42,159 bases of DNA from positions 1 to 42,159 of the forward strand of contig CAMAVT010000003.1 in NCBI GenBank assembly GCA_945861775.1, in the 5' to 3' direction. The notes beneath the pieces were generated by a model. That model had not been told where the DNA came from, did not search any database, and worked only from the letters and a program-made list of their open reading frames with translations. The position numbers and the translations under genes were made by a program. How positions within the stretch are numbered: position 1 is the first letter of the stretch; each line of letters begins with the position of its first letter. This document shows positions 35,960-42,159 of this stretch, piece by piece. The DNA comes from Bifidobacterium breve (lineage in GTDB: Bacteria > Actinomycetota > Actinomycetes > S36-B12).

Positions 35960-37159
35960 TTACTTGACACCCCATAACGCGGTGAACAGTTCGCGGTAGT
36001 TGGCAATTCCCAGGTAATTGCCGTTCTCGTCGAGTACTGCATCAGCAATATTGGTGACATTAAGGAGTTGACTCGGCAGGAGTCCATCAGCTGGTGCATC
36101 ACCCGCGAGCACCCGCGCGAACTGGTCAATAACCCGCCACGCCATCACTGGTACGGGCAGAGCCGTCCACGCCTGCAAGGCAGCAGCCGCTTCTGGGGTT
36201 GCATCCGTTGATCCACTTGCCGGTGGGACCGCACCCGATGCAGCGAGGTCGACCAAGGATGTGATGTCTCGAGCATTGGCACCACGGCCGATGAGAACCG
36301 TTGGTTCCAACACGAGTGCATCGGCCAAAGCCGCGGGGACATCGGCGGAAAGCTCCCCTGAGTCAAGGAGTGCCCAACGGCCCAGGCTCGTGCTCATGGT
36401 GTCCGCGATAAACGTGGGCACCATGCTCAGATCGGTCGTATCAACCTCAGATTCAATCGCGGAACAATCTCGACACAGGCCAGCCAGAGTGTTAACGAAT
36501 TCGGCATTGAAAGTGACCAGTGCTGGCACGGGAAGTGTGAAAACCTCTATGCCGGCAACTTCTTCTGCCGCCTGATTGGCGACCACGTAACTCGCAAGTA
36601 TTTGACCCCACAGGACATTTTGTGCGTCGCCATCAATGCTTGTGTTTTTGATGGCACCCGTTGGCTCGCCCGAGCATCCGGTACAAATCACGGCCACTCC
36701 TGCGGCCTCAGCGGCAGCGAGTTGGGTGGCTAAAACGTCAACGTATCTACCCGAGATCCGAATGCCCGCCGGATTGAGAGCCAGGGCTTCGTCGAATGCT
36801 GCCGGCGCCGATTCCACAGTTTCTGCTCCGAGAACCTCGGCGAATTCCCAGCCGATTGCCGCGGCAGCCTCGGCCATCGAGGTGTTCAGCAAGGTATCAA
36901 ATTCGGAGCCGTCGGAGAGGCTGACAATGAGTGAACCAGCAGCCGGTGGGGCCGTCAGTGGGACATCCACGCCAATGGAGGTCGGTGCAAGAAATGCCGA
37001 AGCGAGGAGTTCGGGATCAACCGCGGGATCCGCAGCGGTTTCCTCACCGACCACCGCTTCACCCTCAACGAAGTTGGGGTCATCAGCTGGCATGGCGCAG
37101 GAAGCTAGAACCAAAGTGGCGGATAAGGCAACGACAACCGAAAGCATTGACCGACGCAT
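35960..37159 (-). CDS. Sugar-type (PBP type 1) solute-binding lipoprotein, acidic paralog
   Basis: Lipobox LASC after ATG 37159. Shares PTSIG...PL...P..G, VIC..C, WGQ..A.Y, C..C, AWT, LP.Q and YLG...Y...F...WGVK with the neighbouring gene. Confidence 0.72.
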   Translation of the reverse strand: MRRSMLSVVVALSATLVLASCAMPADDPNFVEGEAVVGEETAADPAVDPELLASAFLAPTSIGVDVPLTAPPAAGSLIVSLSDGSEFDTLLNTSMAEAAAAIGWEFAEVLGAETVESAPAAFDEALALNPAGIRISGRYVDVLATQLAAAEAAGVAVICTGCSGEPTGAIKNTSIDGDAQNVLWGQILASYVVANQAAEEVAGIEVFTLPVPALVTFNAEFVNTLAGLCRDCSAIESEVDTTDLSMVPTFIADTMSTSLGRWALLDSGELSADVPAALADALVLEPTVLIGRGANARDITSLVDLAASGAVPPASGSTDATPEAAAALQAWTALPVPVMAWRVIDQFARVLAGDAPADGLLPSQLLNVTNIADAVLDENGNYLGIANYRELFTALWGVK

Positions 37160-37328
37160 GTGACTCTCTTTCAAAGATATAAACGACTGAAAGCCCAAAA
37201 CTACATGCACGTCCAATAATCTGTCTCAGCGACTCGGTTTCAACTTGATCACATTGAGCACGACAGGCGGTCCCTTCATCACTTGCTATTGTTGTGGCTC
37301 ATCCATCTACATCCCGGCCCACCTCTGG

Positions 37329-37364
37329 AGTGCAATGTCCTTCGAAAGTGCAATGTCCTTCGAA
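37329..37364 (+). repeat. Perfect 18-bp tandem duplication AGTGCAATGTCCTTCGAA spanning the start codon
   Basis: Units at 37329-37346 and 37347-37364; the translated result is MSFESAMSFE. Confidence 0.9.
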
Positions 37365-38447
37365 CTACCCCTGGCAGCTCTTGACCCGGAAGAGATTGTC
37401 GATTTGCGCACCACCGTGCGCTCGGCTGCAACGGAGTCGGGGTATCCAACCGCGGTGCTTGAACTCGAAAAATCAGAGACTGGTCTAGACCTTGCGTTGT
37501 GGTCACTGCTCGCGCAGGACATCGGGCTCTCTGCGGTCGGGCTACCTGAGTCTGCCGGCGGCTTGGGCGGCCTTGCCGAAATTCTTGCGGTGGCAGAAGA
37601 ACTAGGTGCCACGTTGGCGCCCGTTCCCTTTATTACCAGCACTGTTCTGTGCGGCCAAGTCTTGGCTGCAAGTGATGAAAGTTCAACTCCATATCTTGAG
37701 CGAATTGCGGCAGGTGAGATTGCGGCTCCCGCCTTTACCAATGCGCGCGGCCAATGGTCTGCGGGTGACATTTCATGTACGAGTGATGGTGAAAAAGTTT
37801 CGGGAACGGTCCGATTCGCGCCATTTGGTGCCAGTGCAACATTCTTTGTGGTTGCAGCCCGCACAGATTCAGGCATTGATGTATTTGTTGTTGAGGCTTC
37901 CGATGCGAACGTCAGCGCGTTGCCATCACTAGATTTCTCGCGGCCATCGGCAACCGTCACTTTCGATAGTTCCCCAGCAGTGCGACTGACGACCGGTGGA
38001 AATGGCGAGAGTGTAATCTCACACGCCGTTGACATAACACTGATGGCTGTTGCCGCTGATCAACTTGGCGGATCGCAGGCCTGTTTTGATATGACACTTG
38101 ACTATATAAAGGTGCGCCGCCAATTTAATCGGGAGATCGGTAGCTTCCAAGCCATCAAACACCGGATGACCGATGCCCTGATGCTCGTTGAAATGCTGCG
38201 ATCTGGGCTGGAAAAGGTGACATCGGGTGGCACGCAGGATCTTGCCGCGGATGCAGCGATGAATAAGTCCTGGGGGTCTGATTCTTACATTGCGATGACC
38301 GCCGAAGCAATTCAATTGCACGGTGGTATCGGTTTCACGTGGGAACACACCACGCACCTGTATTTCAGAAGGGCGCGCTACGACGCTGCGTTTCTCGGCG
38401 ATGGTTCATTTCAGCGCGAGCGCCTCGCCAAAGTGCTGAACTGGTAA
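37335..38447 (+). CDS. Acyl-CoA dehydrogenase-like subunit (non-catalytic FadE27/28-type)
   Basis: R.QF.R.IGSFQAIKH, IQLHGGIGFTWEH..HLYFRRA. ATG 37335 follows GGAG. Confidence 0.85.
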   Translation: MSFESAMSFELPLAALDPEEIVDLRTTVRSAATESGYPTAVLELEKSETGLDLALWSLLAQDIGLSAVGLPESAGGLGGLAEILAVAEELGATLAPVPFITSTVLCGQVLAASDESSTPYLERIAAGEIAAPAFTNARGQWSAGDISCTSDGEKVSGTVRFAPFGASATFFVVAARTDSGIDVFVVEASDANVSALPSLDFSRPSATVTFDSSPAVRLTTGGNGESVISHAVDITLMAVAADQLGGSQACFDMTLDYIKVRRQFNREIGSFQAIKHRMTDALMLVEMLRSGLEKVTSGGTQDLAADAAMNKSWGSDSYIAMTAEAIQLHGGIGFTWEHTTHLYFRRARYDAAFLGDGSFQRERLAKVLNW

Positions 38448-38455
38448 AAGCTCGA

Positions 38456-39709
38456 TCAGGATTTTGCAAGTTGCGAAAACGGTGCCTTGTCGGTTCGGTG
38501 CTCAGCAGGGAGCCCGAGCACTCTTTCGGCGACAATATTGCGTTGCACCTCGTCGGTGCCACCTGCCAGTCGGTAACCAGGAGCACCAAGAACATGCTCA
38601 CCCCAGGCAAACTCCCCCCACTCTCCAGTGTCCGCGACCAACGCGGATCCGAGCATGTTCGCAGCCGTGTTACCGATGCGCACGAGATTGTCCGATGCCA
38701 GAAGTTTTCCTAGAGATCCAGCTGGACCGGGATCCCCACCGGTTGCAGTAGCTCGAGCAACTTTGGTCACCATCGCTGCATGTAACCGGGTTCGGATCGT
38801 GATGTCGGCCAGTTCCTGACGAGTCACCGGGTCCGAACTCAACCCCAAATGCTGGGCGAGTGCAACAAGATCGGATGCGGTACCGCCTTTTCGTCGATGC
38901 CCCGATCCCGATGATGTCCGTTCAAAGCCAAGGGTGGTCTGCGCGACCTTCCAGCCCGCATCGACATCACCGATACGCATAGAGTCTGGGATCCGGGTTG
39001 CGTCAAACCACACTTCGTTGAAAGAAGCCGGGCCACTCATTTGACGAATGGGTCGAATCTCAACGCCCGGGGCATTCATGGGCACTAAAAATGCGGTGAT
39101 GCCACCCTGTTTCACCGCATCAGGATTGGTGCGGGCCAGAATGAAACCGTACTCGGAAAATTGTGCGTTAGAACTCCAAATCTTTTGACCGGTGATCAAC
39201 CAGTCATCCCCGTCACGAACCGCTTTGGTTGACAGGCCCGCAAGATCGGATCCCGCACCGGGCTCGCTGAACAGTTGGCAGCACAGCAATTCAGTGCTCA
39301 GGAATGCTTTTGCGAATTGCTCGCGTTGTTCGGGTGTACCGAAGATGCTAACGGCCGATCCGACAAGACCCGTGGTCACCGAGATGATTTCCGAGGAGGG
39401 GGGAACGGCAAATTTGCGTTCTTCTTGGGCAAAGGCAACGGAGTACACACTGGGCAGACCCGCGCCACCGAACTCAGCGGGGAGTGAAATGGCTCCGTAT
39501 CCCGCTTCGAATCGTTGGCGTCGGTATTCCCTTACTCGCGTAAGGAATGCGACTTCTTCGTCGTGGCTCAATGCTAAGAAAATTTGCAGGCGTGGGTCAC
39601 CTTCACCCCACACAAAAACTTCTTCTTGCGCCGGTTCAGCAATGGATGCAAGCCATGTGCGCACTTCGCTGCGCCAGGCGTCTAAATGTTGTTGGTCTAT
39701 TTCGCTCAC
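38456..39709 (-). CDS. Acyl-CoA dehydrogenase (catalytic FadE26/29-type subunit)
   Basis: CQLFSEPGAGSDLA, GQKIWSS, FNEVWFD, TTLGFER, AGGTDEVQRN..AERVLGLP. Confidence 0.9.
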   Translation of the reverse strand: MSEIDQQHLDAWRSEVRTWLASIAEPAQEEVFVWGEGDPRLQIFLALSHDEEVAFLTRVREYRRQRFEAGYGAISLPAEFGGAGLPSVYSVAFAQEERKFAVPPSSEIISVTTGLVGSAVSIFGTPEQREQFAKAFLSTELLCCQLFSEPGAGSDLAGLSTKAVRDGDDWLITGQKIWSSNAQFSEYGFILARTNPDAVKQGGITAFLVPMNAPGVEIRPIRQMSGPASFNEVWFDATRIPDSMRIGDVDAGWKVAQTTLGFERTSSGSGHRRKGGTASDLVALAQHLGLSSDPVTRQELADITIRTRLHAAMVTKVARATATGGDPGPAGSLGKLLASDNLVRIGNTAANMLGSALVADTGEWGEFAWGEHVLGAPGYRLAGGTDEVQRNIVAERVLGLPAEHRTDKAPFSQLAKS

Positions 39710-40875
39710 GGTCGTGCTCCTTCGTTGATCAGGACCGTACAGGCACTAATGCCCGGCGCTCCATAGACGTGGGTGAAACCAATACGCGGGGCTCCCGGAA
39801 CTTGTTTACCGTCAGCGCGACCCTGCAACTGTCTCACGATCTCGTGTACTTGTCGCAAGCCAGAAGCGCCCACCGGCTCTCCGTTGGCGAGTAATCCACC
39901 GTCGGTGTTGAGAGGCAGCCGACCATCAATTTCGAATTCACCGTTGCGGTAAGCGGCTTCCTGCTCTCCATGGGCAACGAGTCCGGTCTCACCTAAGTGA
40001 ATAACTTCGGCTCCGCTGTCAGTGTCTTGGAGCTGGGCTACCTGCACATCCGCGGGCGTAATGCCAGCAAGGTCAAATGCTGCTTTCGCCGCGTCAATTG
40101 AAGGACTCGTACGGTCACCGGGTGAGAGCCAGGGTGAGAAAACTTCGAACGATCCTGGTCGACGACCACGAAGCGCCACCGATGCCAGTCGAATCGGAGT
40201 TTCGCACAAGTCATAGGCCTTCGAGCCGCGAGCTAGAACAAGGGAAACCGCGCCAGCATCAGGTGCACAAAACATGAAACGCGTGAGGGGGTCATTGATC
40301 ATGTCGGCATCCATCGCTTCATCAACGGAAACCGGCTTACGCCGCCACGCATACGGGTGTTCTTGCGCGTAATCAAATGCTTTTGCCGAGGCATAACCGA
40401 GGGTGCGCTGGCTTATTCCGTGTTCATGAAGGTAGCGCGCAATTTTCAGTGCAAAATATGAAGTAGTAACCATCATGCCTGTGGCTCCGTACCAATCACC
40501 CAGTCCATAGCGTGCGGGTGAAACATTGAAAGCGCCCCGAGCGTGATTGTCATAGCCGACAACGCAAGCAACATCGAGATCTTCAGCGATTAACCCGTTA
40601 CGTGCTGTCATTAAAGCCACAGCACCTGTCGCGCATCCGTTCTTCACCGTCACGAACGGAAGTCCGGTGAGTCCCAATCGTGAGACTAGGTTGTCCGGCT
40701 TTGTCTCACCATTAGTGCCACCCACCGCGAACTCGATGTCGGACCAGGCAAGACCACAGTCGGCAAGCGCACCGCGCACTGCCGTCTCTGCAAGCTCGTT
40801 ATCTTCGCCGTCAAATCTGCCGAACTCCGTCCGTGCTGCGCCGACAATAAAAATGTCATTCGTATTCACGCTCAC
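39706..40875 (-). CDS. SCP2/Ltp-type thiolase-family protein
   Basis: NGCATG, PLT..M.C.P..GA, AQLQDTDSG.E, NTDGGL.ANGEPVGASG, HVYGAPG. Confidence 0.87.
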   Translation of the reverse strand: MSVNTNDIFIVGAARTEFGRFDGEDNELAETAVRGALADCGLAWSDIEFAVGGTNGETKPDNLVSRLGLTGLPFVTVKNGCATGAVALMTARNGLIAEDLDVACVVGYDNHARGAFNVSPARYGLGDWYGATGMMVTTSYFALKIARYLHEHGISQRTLGYASAKAFDYAQEHPYAWRRKPVSVDEAMDADMINDPLTRFMFCAPDAGAVSLVLARGSKAYDLCETPIRLASVALRGRRPGSFEVFSPWLSPGDRTSPSIDAAKAAFDLAGITPADVQVAQLQDTDSGAEVIHLGETGLVAHGEQEAAYRNGEFEIDGRLPLNTDGGLLANGEPVGASGLRQVHEIVRQLQGRADGKQVPGAPRIGFTHVYGAPGISACTVLINEGARP

Positions 40876-41279
40876 GTCACAGCCTCGAAACCAAATGTGA
40901 AGACAGGTGCACCTTCATGCGTCCAGGCTTTAGCGAGCACCAAATTAACCTGCTCCCCAATCGTCCATTGGGTTTTTCCCACCAGCCAACCTTCGACAAT
41001 CACGGGGCCAAGGTCTACATAGCCAATGGAAAAAGGTGCGAATTCATCGGTCCGAAATGGTGGCTTCGGTGCGAAGTGTTGGGTTGTCCAGGACCAGAGG
41101 GTTCCTTCGGTGGGCAAGCCCACTCTCGTGACGTCAAGGCTCGAACAGGTTGGGCAGGAATCCATGGCTGGGAAAACGTGTGCACCACATGCACCACACA
41201 TGGATCCCGCTAAAACAACCGGATCCACGGATGTAAACAACGTCGAGTCAACAACTGCGATGCCCACAGGAATGCTCAT
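40872..41279 (-). CDS. DUF35 Zn-ribbon/OB-fold protein
   Basis: CGACG..VFP....CPTC, GTLWSWT, PF.IGYVDL. Start set at ATG 41279. Confidence 0.87.
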   Translation of the reverse strand: MSIPVGIAVVDSTLFTSVDPVVLAGSMCGACGAHVFPAMDSCPTCSSLDVTRVGLPTEGTLWSWTTQHFAPKPPFRTDEFAPFSIGYVDLGPVIVEGWLVGKTQWTIGEQVNLVLAKAWTHEGAPVFTFGFEAVT

Positions 41280-41295
41280 GTATTCGCTTTCGGGA

Positions 41296-42159
41296 TTAGG
41301 CCGAAAGGCGCACGAGCGCCTTGCCAAAGTTCGCCCCGGACAGTAAACCTTCAAGGCCCGCACCTGCGGCGCCAATACCTTCAACAATCGTCGCACGGTC
41401 GACCAACTGACCGCTTGCCAACCATCCACTGACTTTCGCTTCAAACTCCGGACGCAGATCCTCATAGTCGCGGACAATAAATCCCGTGATGGTAAGCCGT
41501 CGGAGTACTGCTTCAATGAGAACCGCGATGGATGGCTGCTCCTGAGTTCCAAAATTGGAAACTGCACCACACATGCTGATGCGCCCGCGAATCTTCATGT
41601 TATGCAGGGCCGATGCGAGTTGCTCGCCGCCCACATTGTCAAAAAACAAATCAATTCCTTCGGGTGCAAACTTGGATAACTCCGCCGCGAAATCCTCATC
41701 GCGATAATTGATTACCTCGTCGAAGCCGCACTCGGTTGTAAGCCACGTGCATTTATCTGCACCACCGGCGCTACCGATAACCCGTCCTGCGCCAAGCAAC
41801 CTCGCGAACTGTCCAACCATGCTGCCCACGGCTCCACCGGCGCCGGTCACGAGAACCGTCTCACCCGCCGCCAGATGACCCACGGGAAGAAGTCCTGCGT
41901 AGGCGGTGAATCCGGTCTGGCCCATTGAACTCAACCAAGAGATCGTTGGCGCCAGTGAAAGGTCGCAAATTGTTGCTGTCGCGTCGTCAACGACCGCGTA
42001 CTCGCGCCAGCCGAGGCGGTGACGAACAGTGGATCCGACGGGGAGAAGTTCTGAAGCGGACTCCTCCACTATTCCGATAGCAGAGCCATCAAGTGGGCCG
42101 CCGATCTCAAAATTGGTGGTGTACTGCTTCTCGCCCGGGTCCATGCGGCCACGGGTTGA
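41296..42159 (-). CDS. NADP-dependent enoyl/alkenal reductase (PTGR/CurA-like MDR), 5'-truncated by the window
   Basis: RGRM, GWREYA, G.TG.TAY.GL, GAGGAVGS.VGQ.A, FDNVGG, GAN.GKA. The frame is open to the window end. Confidence 0.88.
   Translation of the reverse strand, partial: STRGRMDPGEKQYTTNFEIGGPLDGSAIGIVEESASELLPVGSTVRHRLGWREYAVVDDATATICDLSLAPTISWLSSMGQTGFTAYAGLLPVGHLAAGETVLVTGAGGAVGSMVGQFARLLGAGRVIGSAGGADKCTWLTTECGFDEVINYRDEDFAAELSKFAPEGIDLFFDNVGGEQLASALHNMKIRGRISMCGAVSNFGTQEQPSIAVLIEAVLRRLTITGFIVRDYEDLRPEFEAKVSGWLASGQLVDRATIVEGIGAAGAGLEGLLSGANFGKALVRLSA

Noticed and set aside
37245-37334. Cys-rich N-terminal extension (CYCC) on the ACAD
   Set aside because: TTG start without an SD, while ATG 37335 has GGAG; this region is the divergent promoter.
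37479-37494. ACTGGTCTAGACCTTG, resembling a DasR/HutC-type site (GGTCTAGACC)
   Set aside because: It lies about 145 nt inside the ACAD coding sequence (encoding TGLDL), its flanks differ from the two promoter palindromes, and it has no promoter context.
41280-41570. Long N-terminal extension of the DUF35 ORF
   Set aside because: It overlaps the upstream reductase in another frame; the domain begins at ATG 41279.

Overview
Gene-dense actinobacterial chromosome segment. Many genes appear to be leaderless (TANNNT -10 hexamer 6-7 nt upstream of the start codon), and the gene set includes glgA/glgM-type, DUF6457-like and FadE/Ltp-type genes. Positions 1-15.1 kb hold mixed housekeeping and secreted-enzyme genes: trypsin+FN3, glgA, EamA, a ferredoxin reductase, a mobA-like/moeA Moco block, an HNH/Excalibur nuclease, glpD and a hydrolase-TM-ABC fusion with its permease. 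This part also contains a candidate C-loop small RNA at about 6.56-6.63 kb on the minus strand. From about 15.2 kb to the window end is an uncharacterised oxidative catabolic cluster of at least 27 kb. It has three Rieske oxygenase alpha subunits (all with a bridging Glu, no canonical beta subunit), one PDR/VanB reductase, four SnoaL/NTF2 proteins and four SDRs. It also has an APH kinase, two phosphatases, an ALDH, a heteromeric acyl-CoA dehydrogenase pair, a variant thiolase plus DUF35 protein, two orphan solute-binding proteins, TetR and a HutC-type GntR. An identical palindrome, TTGTCTAGACAA, lies just upstream of the -10 box in two Rieske promoters. No tRNA, rRNA, CRISPR array or mobile element was seen. 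All functional calls come from motif recognition only; no database searches were run.
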